Below are positions 46,657 through 56,526 of a stretch of 64,000 bases of DNA, piece after piece; the stretch's first letter is position 1, and every line of letters starts with the position of its first letter. The notes beneath the pieces were generated by a model. That model saw only the letters and a program-made list of their open reading frames with translations, was not told where the DNA came from and did not search any database. Origin of the DNA: Actinobacteria bacterium HGW-Actinobacteria-7 (GTDB lineage: Bacteria; Actinomycetota; Coriobacteriia; Anaerosomatales; PHET01); contig PHET01000004.1 of NCBI GenBank assembly GCA_002841275.1, positions 87,289 through 151,288 on the forward strand, given 5' to 3'. Made by a program: the position numbers and the translations under genes.

Positions 46657-48114
46657 CTACGGCTTGGCGCTCTCGCTCTCAACCGCGTCCGCAGGGCGGC
46701 CGAACCAGGACAGCACGGCGGCGGCGGCCGCGACCACCGCCGCAACCCGTAGCGCGTTCGACATTCCCGCCGAGAACAGCGTCGCGATGCCCGCCTCCAG
46801 CCGCCCCTCACCGTTAGGGAGTCCTGTGCCGCCCACTGACCCACCCACGATGGCAGCAGTGATCGCGATTCCGATCACCATTCCCACATTCCGCGCCTCA
46901 GCGATGAATGCCGATCCGACCCCTGCCCGAGCGCGAGGCGTCGATCGCATCACAGCCGACGTGTTGGGAGTCTGGAAGATCGCCATCCCCGACCCGATGA
47001 TCAACAACGTCACGCCCACAGCCCACAGCGGGCTGGTCGTCGTCAGAAACGACGCCCCTAGGAGTCCGACGGCCAGAACAGCAACCCCCGTAGTAGCGAG
47101 TCCTCGGCTGCCGTGCCTGTCGGACAGGCGCCCAGCCGTCGGTGCGATGGCCGCCATCGCCAACGGGGTGAGGGTGAGCAGAAGTCCTGCCGCTTCCGCG
47201 TCCAGACCTTGAACCCGCAACAGGTAGAAGGGCATCGTGAAGGTCACCGCGAATAGCGACAGATAGGCCAGCGTCGCCGCGCCAAGGCCCGCCGAGAAGG
47301 CGCGGGACGAAAACAAGCTCAGATCGACCATCGGTGCGGCCGCGCGCGACTCCCACCAGACAAACAGTGCGCCTGCAAGCAGTGAGGCGACCACCGGCCC
47401 GATGACCTGCCACGAGAGAATCCCACTGCGATCGGCGTCACCGAGGCCCAGCAGTAGCAGCAGCAATGTGGCCGCAGCCAGCAATGCGCCGAGTATGTCG
47501 AACGGTTCGCCCGGGAGAGGATCGTCACGCAGCAATCGCCACGCGAACGCGGCGACGATCACCGCAAGAGGAACGTTTATGAGGAAGATGCTCGGCCAAC
47601 CAAACGCGCCCACCAGCAGACCGCCCAGGGCGGGACCCACCGTCAGGCCAGCCGAGACCGCAAGGGCAACGTAGCCAAGTGCCCACCCTCTGCGGTTCGC
47701 GGGAAACGTCTTCACCACGAGGGCCGGACCCGCGGCAAACAGCATGGCCGCCCCTATCGCCTGGAACACCCTCGCCGCTATGAGCATCTTCAGGGATCCC
47801 GAGAAGGCGCAGGCCAGCGAACCAAGGCCGAACGAGAGTAGCCCGGAAACATACAGTTTGCGCAGGCCCCAAAGGTCTCCCAAGCGGCCCATGGTGAGCA
47901 ACAGAGCAGAACTCGCCAACAGATAGGCGCTTGCGACCCAGCTCACCGCGGTGAGGCGCTCACCGAACTGAGAAGCGATCGAGGGGAGCGCGATGTTCAC
48001 GATGCTCGAATCGAGGGGCGCCAGAAATGTACCGATCACAAGCACGAACAGGACGGCGCCCGAACCGTGTTCGGTGTGCTCGGGCTTCCGCTCCTCGGAG
48101 TGTGGTGTTGCCAT
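46657..48114 (-). CDS. MFS drug:H+ antiporter, DHA2 (EmrB/QacA) family
   Basis: LDSSIVNIALP, GRLGDLWG and WPSIFLINVP motifs; about 14 TM helices. Confidence 0.9.
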   Translation of the reverse strand: MATPHSEERKPEHTEHGSGAVLFVLVIGTFLAPLDSSIVNIALPSIASQFGERLTAVSWVASAYLLASSALLLTMGRLGDLWGLRKLYVSGLLSFGLGSLACAFSGSLKMLIAARVFQAIGAAMLFAAGPALVVKTFPANRRGWALGYVALAVSAGLTVGPALGGLLVGAFGWPSIFLINVPLAVIVAAFAWRLLRDDPLPGEPFDILGALLAAATLLLLLLGLGDADRSGILSWQVIGPVVASLLAGALFVWWESRAAAPMVDLSLFSSRAFSAGLGAATLAYLSLFAVTFTMPFYLLRVQGLDAEAAGLLLTLTPLAMAAIAPTAGRLSDRHGSRGLATTGVAVLAVGLLGASFLTTTSPLWAVGVTLLIIGSGMAIFQTPNTSAVMRSTPRARAGVGSAFIAEARNVGMVIGIAITAAIVGGSVGGTGLPNGEGRLEAGIATLFSAGMSNALRVAAVVAAAAAVLSWFGRPADAVESESAKP

Positions 48115-48349
48115 TTGTCGATGTCCTGACTGCGTGAGTGTCGTGTGGTCATCATCATCTCATGCCCGCCGATAAGAGCCGTAGTCGGCGTGTCTGCCGC
48201 CTGATGGTGTTTGAACGTTCGGTCTGCTGGTTATGGCGTCTTCATGGAGAGCGCGCTTTCGGCGGTATTCTAGCTTCTAGCACGGAGTCTCCTGTGGTGT
48301 GCCAGGAACCGCGACACACCTGCGATACCGTCTCGACAGAGGAGTTCTC

Positions 48350-49750
48350 ATGACTGAAGAACATCGTCCCGACGTCACTAGCGTCACGCCGGAGCCCAGC
48401 GTCATGCCGGCCCCGCCCCAGCCGCCTTCTGAGGTTCCGCCGGTGATACCGCCCGTGCCTGCGGTCGAACCTGCTGTAGTCACCCCACCTAGCGCTCCGC
48501 AGTATCAGACGGCCGCCGTACCGCCGGTCGTCCCTCCGCCGCAGCCCACAGAGATGCCGACCTCCTCCTCTGGCCACAAGCCCGGCTCCACCATCGCTAT
48601 TGCAGTCCTGCTCTCGTTCGTCATCGCCGTGTTCTCGGGCGCAGCGGCAGGGTTTCTCGGCGCACGTATCGCCGGCGGCGGCACAAGAACGCGTGCCCCG
48701 CAACAGGTCGAAGTCATCGCTCCCCGTACGTCCGAGCCCATCGTGGCGGCGGCCGCCGCCGGACTTCCGTCGGTAGTCAACATCGACGTGAGCGGGAGCG
48801 GGTCCACCACTGACGCACAGGGCCTGCCCCAGAATCACCCCAGCGTCCCATCGCAGGGAACCGGCTCGGGCGTCGCCTACAAGCGCGCTGACGGCGGAAC
48901 GTACATCATCACAAACAACCACGTGGTCGAGAATGCTGACACACTCACCGTGCGCGATGCCGCCGGCCAATCGATGAAGGCCGTTCTCGTGGGCCGCGAT
49001 CCTGAGAGCGATATCGCGGTGGTCAAAGTCGACCGCAACATCCCGCTCATCAAGACGGCCGACTCCGCCAAGCTGCTCGTTGGCCAGTCTGTGGTAGCGA
49101 TCGGCTCACCTTTCGGCCTCGAGCACTCGGTCACCTCAGGCGTGATCTCTGCCCTAGGCCGATCGCTTCCCGAGTATGTCGGGTCGACGTCAAGCGCTTC
49201 CCCCCTCGTCGATGTCATCCAGACTGACGCCGCCATCAACCCCGGCAACTCCGGAGGCGCACTGGTGGACCGCACCGGGAAGCTCGTGGGAATCAACACC
49301 GCGATCTACTCGGATTCCGGTCAGAACGGCGGCATCGGTTTCGCGGTGCCAGTCAACACAGCGACACGTGTCGCCGATCAGTTGATTGCAGGCGACGGTG
49401 TGACGCACCCGTTCCTTGGCGTGGTGGGCACTACCATCACGAGCCAGTTGGCCCAGCAGGAGAAGCTGACGGTGACCGAGGGCACCTGGGTCTCTGAGAC
49501 CACAAAAGGCAGCGGCGCCGAGAAGGCAGGCATCCGCAAGGGCGATGTCATCACCGCCGTCGACGGAACGGCGATACGCTCCATCAATGACCTCATCCTC
49601 AACGTTCGCCGCAAGCAAGTGGGCGACACCGTGAAGCTCTCGGTCATACGCGGTGAAGAGAAGCTCACGATTGACGTGGTCGTCGGCGACAAACCTGCCG
49701 ACCTTGCAACTCCCAGCGCGCCCGACACGAGCACGCCAAGCACCAAGTAG
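48350..49750 (+). CDS. htrA: HtrA/DegP-family serine protease with PDZ domain
   Basis: Pro-rich N-terminus, TM helix, TNNHV, DIAV and DAAINPGNSGGAL motifs, C-terminal PDZ. Confidence 0.9.
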   Translation: MTEEHRPDVTSVTPEPSVMPAPPQPPSEVPPVIPPVPAVEPAVVTPPSAPQYQTAAVPPVVPPPQPTEMPTSSSGHKPGSTIAIAVLLSFVIAVFSGAAAGFLGARIAGGGTRTRAPQQVEVIAPRTSEPIVAAAAAGLPSVVNIDVSGSGSTTDAQGLPQNHPSVPSQGTGSGVAYKRADGGTYIITNNHVVENADTLTVRDAAGQSMKAVLVGRDPESDIAVVKVDRNIPLIKTADSAKLLVGQSVVAIGSPFGLEHSVTSGVISALGRSLPEYVGSTSSASPLVDVIQTDAAINPGNSGGALVDRTGKLVGINTAIYSDSGQNGGIGFAVPVNTATRVADQLIAGDGVTHPFLGVVGTTITSQLAQQEKLTVTEGTWVSETTKGSGAEKAGIRKGDVITAVDGTAIRSINDLILNVRRKQVGDTVKLSVIRGEEKLTIDVVVGDKPADLATPSAPDTSTPSTK

Positions 49751-49771
49751 CTCGTTGACCTCAAGGCATAT

Positions 49772-49804
49772 CGAAAGGCCCCGGCGCGTTGCCGGGGCCT
49801 TTCG
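49772..49804. terminator. Bidirectional intrinsic terminator
   Basis: CGAAAGGCCCCGGC-gcgtt-GCCGGGGCCTTTCG between convergent genes. Confidence 0.85.
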
Positions 49805-49830
49805 TCTGGTCGACCCGAACGAACTGGCGA

Positions 49831-51216
49831 CTAGCTGGACCTGCGGGAACGCCTCCAGAAGTTGGCGATAACAGCCGCGAGCACGACGAGCACGCCCAGA
49901 ATCACCCACGTGGTCATACCACTCCACTGCACGGCGTCCAGGGTCGGCGACTCAGCCCCACCCATAGCATCTTTGGTCCTGGCAGCCACTGATGCGAAGA
50001 CCGTCTTGGAGTCCATCGCCATCTCGGTGGTTGGATTCTCCACCCCTGCCTTCTTGGCCAGCTCATCAGGAACTGACTTGTAGAAGAGCGCTGCCTTGAC
50101 GGTGGCCTTCTCCATACCCGCAGGCATAGTGAACGCGTACTGATTCGTCACCGACTCCTTGGGCGGAATACGGTCATCGGACTTGATTTTGGTGGCGTCC
50201 CACAGTTCGACCGGAGCATTGCCCTTGTCGTCTTGAAGGATGGTCCCGAAGACTCGTTCTCCAAGCTTCGTGGACTTCCCGCCAGCATCTGTGGCAGTGA
50301 CTTCCAGCCACATCTGACGAACCTCCGTGAGCCCTGTGGGTAGGTAGTGCCCAGCGCCCGAGTTGGTGATGGTGACTGTCGCCTGGGCCGACGAGCCCGA
50401 AGGCACGATCTCCGGAATCTCAAGGACGAGTGTGGCCGCGCTCTTCAATCGTGCTGTCGCAACAACAGAGGGGCCCTGCGCCACCTGCGCACCCACGAAC
50501 GTCATCGTGTAGATGTTGTCACGCTGAGGGGCTCCACCTGCGGCGCGGCCCGTCATGGGTCCGATGACCCCGGGCTGTCTGCTCATATGACAGTCCTGGC
50601 AGACGATGCCTTCCTTGGCATAGGGGCCCTTCGACCATTCCGAGAAGGTCGACTCCAGATGCATGCCGTTCACCGGATGGTTGACGTTGTGGCAGCCGCC
50701 GCAGATATCGGCCTTCCTGTGGAGCTCGGAGTATGCCGCGGGGTGCGGAGCCTGCGGGTCCTCGATCTGAGCGCGACGAGTTCCCGAAGGATCGACCAGC
50801 TGCGAGACATTGCCCGGCTCACCCTTCAGCATTCCACTGATCTGATGACAGAAGCTGCACGATATCCCTTCAGCCGGTCCCGGGCTCAATGCGCCTCCCT
50901 TTGCCAGTTCCCCGGTCATCTCGGCAGCGGGGGCATGGCACCGCTTGCAGAAGGCCCCGAGTTTGCCGTCAGTAGCCGCATTCGCCTCGCTGACCTTGGC
51001 GATGAACAGCTCATCGGTCAACGCTTTGGCGTGCATAGACTGCGACCACTCTTCGATAAGTGCGGCGTGGCAACCGCACGACTGTGACGGCTGGAACTTG
51101 TCCGGAGAGATGCCGGTGTTCTTCACCGGAACACCGACCGCAGACGCCGACGCAGCGATGGCTAGCGCAAACAGGAACGCACCGACGACACCGAGTGGGC
51201 GCAGGAATCTCCTCAT
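49831..51216 (-). CDS. Multiheme c-type cytochrome (c554-like), signal peptide and C-terminal TM anchor
   Basis: CGCH, CKRCH, CSFCH, CGGCH and CQDCH; W..SMHA and GHYLPTG motifs. Confidence 0.85.
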   Translation of the reverse strand: MRRFLRPLGVVGAFLFALAIAASASAVGVPVKNTGISPDKFQPSQSCGCHAALIEEWSQSMHAKALTDELFIAKVSEANAATDGKLGAFCKRCHAPAAEMTGELAKGGALSPGPAEGISCSFCHQISGMLKGEPGNVSQLVDPSGTRRAQIEDPQAPHPAAYSELHRKADICGGCHNVNHPVNGMHLESTFSEWSKGPYAKEGIVCQDCHMSRQPGVIGPMTGRAAGGAPQRDNIYTMTFVGAQVAQGPSVVATARLKSAATLVLEIPEIVPSGSSAQATVTITNSGAGHYLPTGLTEVRQMWLEVTATDAGGKSTKLGERVFGTILQDDKGNAPVELWDATKIKSDDRIPPKESVTNQYAFTMPAGMEKATVKAALFYKSVPDELAKKAGVENPTTEMAMDSKTVFASVAARTKDAMGGAESPTLDAVQWSGMTTWVILGVLVVLAAVIANFWRRSRRSS

Positions 51217-51488
51217 GTAGTTCTCCTCCTCGATTTGCGGGACCCCTCCGTCCCAAAAGCAACATACCCCTTCGTGCGAACCCGTATGCCGTTTCATGTC
51301 GCCAGAGGAGCGTAGTATAAATGCGTATCGCGCGCTATCATTTCCCCTGCCCTTGCCTTCCGCTACATGAATCCGTGACCCGCTCTTCCCGCGCTGACGC
51401 GATGTATTCTCACCGCCAAGGAGGTAGGGGCAGGCAGCTTAGGGTAGTGATAGTCGTGGAACATGACACCAAAGCAGAGGAGAAGGAC

Positions 51489-51995
51489 ATGGTTGAGAAG
51501 CTTCGTTGTTCGGGTTGCGGCTACTTCCATATCGGCCCCGCGCCCGATTTCTGCCCGGTCTGTGGAGCACCCAAGACCGCTTTCAAGCCCTACGATGGCC
51601 CCGGCGACCTGACTGGGACGAGCACGCTGGATAACCTCAAGGCGGCATTCGCCGGAGAGTCCCAGGCGAACCGTCGCTACACGCTCTGGCGTCGCATCGC
51701 AGAGCTCGAAGGCGCGCCTCAGGCAGCACTTGATGCCTTCGATCGTGCGGCCGCCGAAGAGACCGCTCACGCGCTTGGCCACCTCGCCTACATCGCAGGT
51801 GCGACCGCGACCGCAGACAACCTGCGTATGGCCGTGGCCGGAGAAGACAACGAGGCCACCGACATGTACCCGGGCTTTGCTGAGACCGCCGAGGCCGAGG
51901 GTTTCTCGGATATCGCGTACTATTTCCGTAGCCTTGGGCGATACGAGGGCGAGCACCGCGAGGAGTACCGCGGCGCCCTCGAAGAAATGGAGTAA
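51489..51995 (+). CDS. Reverse rubrerythrin (N-terminal rubredoxin plus diiron domain)
   Basis: CSGCG...CPVCG, then AFAGESQANRRY, EETAHA and EGEH. Confidence 0.88.
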   Translation: MVEKLRCSGCGYFHIGPAPDFCPVCGAPKTAFKPYDGPGDLTGTSTLDNLKAAFAGESQANRRYTLWRRIAELEGAPQAALDAFDRAAAEETAHALGHLAYIAGATATADNLRMAVAGEDNEATDMYPGFAETAEAEGFSDIAYYFRSLGRYEGEHREEYRGALEEME

Positions 51996-52004
51996 CGAAG
52001 CCGA

Positions 52005-53069
52005 GTGAGCACTCTCCCCTCCCCCGCACTGCCCGACGCCATCGGGATCAAAGCGCTTGATGCCAACGGTGTCGCGAGCCTGGTCGCCGAGCTGGGCGAG
52101 CCTGGGTTCCGAGCCAAGCAGCTGGTGCAGTGGGTCTACGGACGGGGTGCTGCCTCTTACGCCGAGATGACCAATCTGCCTTCCGGCCTGCGAGATCGCC
52201 TCGCAGGCCGGTTCGCGCTCGCAGCCCCCTCGGTTGTCGTGCGGCAGGTTTCCGCAGACGGAACCCGCAAGTACCTGTTGAAGCTGGCGGACGGCGCGAC
52301 GATCGAAACCGTGGGGCTGCCAAAAGACGACCGCCTTACCGTCTGTTTCTCCACCCAGGCAGGCTGCGCGATGGGGTGCTCGTTCTGCGCGACCGGTGAG
52401 TCCGGGCTTACGCGCAACCTCGGCCCCGGCGAGATGGTGGACCAGCTTCATGTTGTTGCCAGGGACTTCGGCCAGCGAGTGACCAACGCGGTGGCCATGG
52501 GTCAGGGGGAACCCTTCGCCAACTACGAACCCACCCTCGGGGCACTGCGGCTGATGAACTCGCCGGACGGCATGGGGATCGGAGCTCGTCACCTCACCGT
52601 CTCGACGTGCGGTCTCACCAGCGGAATCCGCCGCCTGTCCACTGAGCCCGAGCAGTTCACGCTTGCGGTCTCGTTGCACTCGGCGGTACAGACCACCCGG
52701 GATCGTCTCATGCCAGGCGTGAAGGGCGTGCCCCTAGGCGAGCTACGACAGGCGCTGGTCGACTACGCGAACGCTACCGGGCGCCGGCCCTCTATCGAGT
52801 ACGCACTTATCGGGGGCGTCAATGACACTCCCGCGGAGATCGACGCGCTCGTAGTGTTCTGCCGCGGGCTGTTGATTCACGTGAATCTGATCCCCATCAA
52901 TCCCGTGGAGGGCACTGGCTACGGGCGTTCCGCCACCGGAGACATCGCAGCGATCGAACGGCATCTGACCGCCGAGCATATCGAAGTCTCCGTGAGATCC
53001 GAGCGCGGCGCAGACATCGACGCGGCGTGCGGTCAACTTCGACAGAGGTCGACTGCCGCGCCTGAGTGA
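52005..53069 (+). CDS. rlmN: 23S rRNA/tRNA A2503 C2-methyltransferase RlmN
   Basis: CAMGCSFC radical SAM motif, MGQGEP, SLH and DIDAACGQL. Confidence 0.95.
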   Translation: MSTLPSPALPDAIGIKALDANGVASLVAELGEPGFRAKQLVQWVYGRGAASYAEMTNLPSGLRDRLAGRFALAAPSVVVRQVSADGTRKYLLKLADGATIETVGLPKDDRLTVCFSTQAGCAMGCSFCATGESGLTRNLGPGEMVDQLHVVARDFGQRVTNAVAMGQGEPFANYEPTLGALRLMNSPDGMGIGARHLTVSTCGLTSGIRRLSTEPEQFTLAVSLHSAVQTTRDRLMPGVKGVPLGELRQALVDYANATGRRPSIEYALIGGVNDTPAEIDALVVFCRGLLIHVNLIPINPVEGTGYGRSATGDIAAIERHLTAEHIEVSVRSERGADIDAACGQLRQRSTAAPE

Positions 53070-53082
53070 GATCCGTCTTCGC

Positions 53083-56000
53083 CTAGTGCGATGCGCCTGC
53101 CGGGGAATGCCTCCTGGCTTCTCCTGATGCCTTGACAGGGCACATCTGCCGTAACGCGGGGCAACTCCCGCATACGTGATCGTCCCACTGCGACAGATGC
53201 CCGTACGAACCCTCGCTCATCCGGTCGTGCACGTTCAGGAGATCGCCTGCGAACGCGAGCGCCTCGTCGGCCGAGTAGTGGAACCGCACTGTTTGCGGTT
53301 GACCGTCAACCAGCACCTCTGGACGCAGGAAGACCGCTTCGACTTTCTGTGCCTCGTCGCGAGCTGCCGCCAGCGCATAGCACTTCGCCTGCAGCTCGTA
53401 CCGCTTGGCGAGGTCCTCGATCGCGCGAGTTGTCTCACCCGTCTTATAGTCGACGATCAGAACGTGACGGGACTGCTTGGCGTATACATCGATGGTGCCA
53501 TCAAGAACGAAGCCCTGCCCAGGCTCGCCGACCCACAATGCGAACGGAGCTTCCCTCCTCACGGAGTCAGCTGCGCGCACCTCTTGGGCCACGCTCGAGC
53601 TGCGATAGACGTCGAAGTTCCGCCGCACGCGCGCCGCATCCGACCTCTCAAGGCGATAGTGCCGCACGACCGAGGCGAACCTCTCCTCCGACAGCTGTCC
53701 GTCTTCGCCTGCCATCTGTAGCAGGAGATGCAGTGCCGAGCCCCGTCTTGACGCAGGGCCCGCCGCTTCGGCAGCCACTCCCAGCCCGAGGATCTTCTCC
53801 GCCCTGAAACGAAGCGGGCACTTCTGGTAGAGGCTCACTCCCGAGTAGGACAGTCGCCGGGGAGTCTCGACCTCCGCCCGGGCATCCGGCTCATCCTGCA
53901 TCAGCCGCGCATACCATTCCTTGGAGCCACGACGATCTTCCGGCGAAGCCGCGACTGGAGATACATCCCGCTCCTGCGGATCGGCGAACGGGAGAACTCT
54001 CACTTTGGCGCTGGCGCCGCCACCAAAGTCGTGTAACCCCTGAGTGTCCGGCACTATCTCAATGCCCAAGGCGTCGACAAGCCAGTTGAGCATGGAACAA
54101 GTGGCCGAATTGCCCACCGTGCGAGCGCCTGCTAGGACCAACAGCTCACGAGCTCTTGTGCAGGCGACATAGAACAGCCTCTTGCGCTCTTCGTCCTCTG
54201 AGGTCCCATCCTGCTCGCCCATATCCACGAAGGCGGTCGGTCGTCTCAGTTCCGAGTCTCGCTCTCCTCCCCATGAAGAAGGGAGCGCCATGGCCAGTGC
54301 ACGGTCCTGTCCCACGCGCCAGCGCGCGATGTTGCGGTCGGTCCGGCCCGTGCTTGAGAGTTCTGGAACGATAACAACTGGAAACTCAAGACCTTTGGAT
54401 GCGTGGATGCTCATGATTCGCACCGCAGATGTGTCCTCGCCCACCAGCGACGCAGGCGTCTCATGATCGCCGAACTCCTCCTTCGCATCGAGATACGCCA
54501 GGAAACCGGCCGGGCCCGTACCCCTTGAGCCCTCGAACGTGGCGGCAAGTCGAGTGAACTTGAGCACGTTGGCATACGCTTGTGCGCCCGCAAGCCCCGA
54601 CGCCACCATGCGGAGATCGAGTCCGCAGTCCTCCACCAGTTTCAGAATCAGCTCTGAGAGCGAAACGCGTCCCAGGGCGTCGGCGGCTCGCGATACTGCC
54701 CGAGCAAGTACGTCCATTCGCGCTCGGTCATCTTCATCCAACAGGGCGCTCTTGTGCGCCGCCCACAACCCCACGCCTTCACCCCGCGCTCTGTCTCGAA
54801 GAGCCAGGAGGCCATCATCGGACAGTCCGCAAAGATCAGACGCCATCACTTCTGCTGCCGCTGCCTCGTCGCGCGTGTTGACGACCACCCGCAGAGCCGA
54901 GCGCAGCGCACACACCTCGCGCTGTTCGAAGAAGCGGCTGCCACCAATCACAACGGCCTCAGCGCCGGCCGCAGTCAGAGCACCGGCATAGACATGCGCA
55001 TGCGTGTAGGCGGGAACGAGGATGACGATATCGCCAAGCGAGACCCCGCCCTCGTCTCGGAGCTCACAGACTTTGGCTGCAATCTCGCTGGCTAGACCTG
55101 CACGGGCCTCGTCGCCTCCCGCATTGCCTTGTGTCGGCGCAATGAGCACCTCCACCCGGGACGCGTCAGCCGGCAACAGGGCTGGCTCCGGCTCGGTTCT
55201 CCCATGTCCCAGAATCACGAGGTGGCCCCCGAACAGGAGCGGATCACCAAAGAGCCTGTTGGCGAAGTCTAGGATCTGCGGGTGAGAGCGATAGTTCACG
55301 CTCAGAGTGACCGGTGTGGCCCCCGACTCGATCATGGCGCGGTTATGTGCCCGATACACTTCAACGTCTGCGCCGCGGAACCGGTAGATCGACTGACTTT
55401 CATCGCCGACGGTACAGAGATTTCTTCCGGCGAGCGCCTCGACCACCTCAAGCTGCAATGCATCGGTGTCCTGGAACTCATCGACCATCGCAAGGTGAAA
55501 CCTATCCCTCCAACGAGCTGCGATCTCCGGCTGTCGCAAGAGCCTGCGAGCTTCCACCTGCAGATCGCTGAAGTCCAAGCCTCCCGCCTGGCCCTTGAGT
55601 TCAGAGAAGACGGCTGAGTACTCTTCTACGAGCGCGACCAACTCCTCTGCAAGCGGCCGTGTGATGATGCCCGCGAGTCGTGAGCACAGGTCAATCCGCG
55701 ACTGCTTGACTGCAACGACGTGGTCCTTCACGCCTGCGGAGGTCCTCGCCATCGGGTGCCCCTGAAGAATGCGCCAGACGGCCTCCGCGAGTTGTTCATC
55801 GTTCAAATCCGTCTTCGTCAGACGGTCCAAAGCCTCGAACGTGAACAAACACGCTCCCCCGTGGTCCGCAACCGCTTGAGTGTCCAGCCCGCATGATTGG
55901 AAGAACGCCGACTTCTCTCCAAAGAAGTCACGGGCTTCACGGGCCAGAGCACGAGCAGTATCCCTCGTCTCAATCCGAAGGTCTGCAGCAACTACGTCTC

Positions 56001-56526
56001 GCGTGCGCAGCTCCTCGGCGAGAACGAACACAGTCGACGCTACTGCCGAGAACTCATACAGACCAAGAAGATTTGAGCGCCCCCTCTTCTCGGCAACGCG
56101 GCGCACGGCCGCCTCGAATGCTTGCTCCTTGAGCTGACCGGTCTCTACCGTCTCCAAAACCCGAAAAGCCGGATCGATCTGCGCCTCCAGTGCCTCCGCT
56201 CGCACGATTCGGGCGCACATTCCATGGATGGTCGATATCCAAGCACCATCAACGCGCCGAGCTTGGCTCTGAAGCCCTGCAAAACGCAGTGTCGCGCGAA
56301 TCCGCTCGGCGAGCTCACCGGCGGCCTTCTCGGTGTAGGTGATTGCCAGAATCTGGTCGATTCCGACAGCCGTCCAATCGGGTGGCACGTCGGCACCTAC
56401 CGCGTTGGCAGCCCTTTCGGTGAGCACCCGCGTCTTGCCGGAGCCTGCCCCGGCCGTGATCAACACGGGGCCGACGAGTGTCGTCGCGGCGATCAGCTGA
56501 TCCTTGTTGAGTTCAAAGGAGCTCAC
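53083..56526 (-). CDS. addA: AddA-like UvrD helicase/nuclease subunit
   Basis: AGAGSGKT, VDEFQDT, GDESQSIYRFRGA, IHASKGLEF and YVACTRA motifs; C-terminal IVDYKT nuclease. Confidence 0.85.
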   Translation of the reverse strand: MSSFELNKDQLIAATTLVGPVLITAGAGSGKTRVLTERAANAVGADVPPDWTAVGIDQILAITYTEKAAGELAERIRATLRFAGLQSQARRVDGAWISTIHGMCARIVRAEALEAQIDPAFRVLETVETGQLKEQAFEAAVRRVAEKRGRSNLLGLYEFSAVASTVFVLAEELRTRDVVAADLRIETRDTARALAREARDFFGEKSAFFQSCGLDTQAVADHGGACLFTFEALDRLTKTDLNDEQLAEAVWRILQGHPMARTSAGVKDHVVAVKQSRIDLCSRLAGIITRPLAEELVALVEEYSAVFSELKGQAGGLDFSDLQVEARRLLRQPEIAARWRDRFHLAMVDEFQDTDALQLEVVEALAGRNLCTVGDESQSIYRFRGADVEVYRAHNRAMIESGATPVTLSVNYRSHPQILDFANRLFGDPLLFGGHLVILGHGRTEPEPALLPADASRVEVLIAPTQGNAGGDEARAGLASEIAAKVCELRDEGGVSLGDIVILVPAYTHAHVYAGALTAAGAEAVVIGGSRFFEQREVCALRSALRVVVNTRDEAAAAEVMASDLCGLSDDGLLALRDRARGEGVGLWAAHKSALLDEDDRARMDVLARAVSRAADALGRVSLSELILKLVEDCGLDLRMVASGLAGAQAYANVLKFTRLAATFEGSRGTGPAGFLAYLDAKEEFGDHETPASLVGEDTSAVRIMSIHASKGLEFPVVIVPELSSTGRTDRNIARWRVGQDRALAMALPSSWGGERDSELRRPTAFVDMGEQDGTSEDEERKRLFYVACTRARELLVLAGARTVGNSATCSMLNWLVDALGIEIVPDTQGLHDFGGGASAKVRVLPFADPQERDVSPVAASPEDRRGSKEWYARLMQDEPDARAEVETPRRLSYSGVSLYQKCPLRFRAEKILGLGVAAEAAGPASRRGSALHLLLQMAGEDGQLSEERFASVVRHYRLERSDAARVRRNFDVYRSSSVAQEVRAADSVRREAPFALWVGEPGQGFVLDGTIDVYAKQSRHVLIVDYKTGETTRAIEDLAKRYELQAKCYALAAARDEAQKVEAVFLRPEVLVDGQPQTVRFHYSADEALAFAGDLLNVHDRMSEGSYGHLSQWDDHVCGSCPALRQMCPVKASGEARRHSPAGASH

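Noticed and set aside
48168..48175. GCCGATAA sigma28 -10 element upstream of htrA
   Set aside because: No matching -35 at 15-nt spacing.
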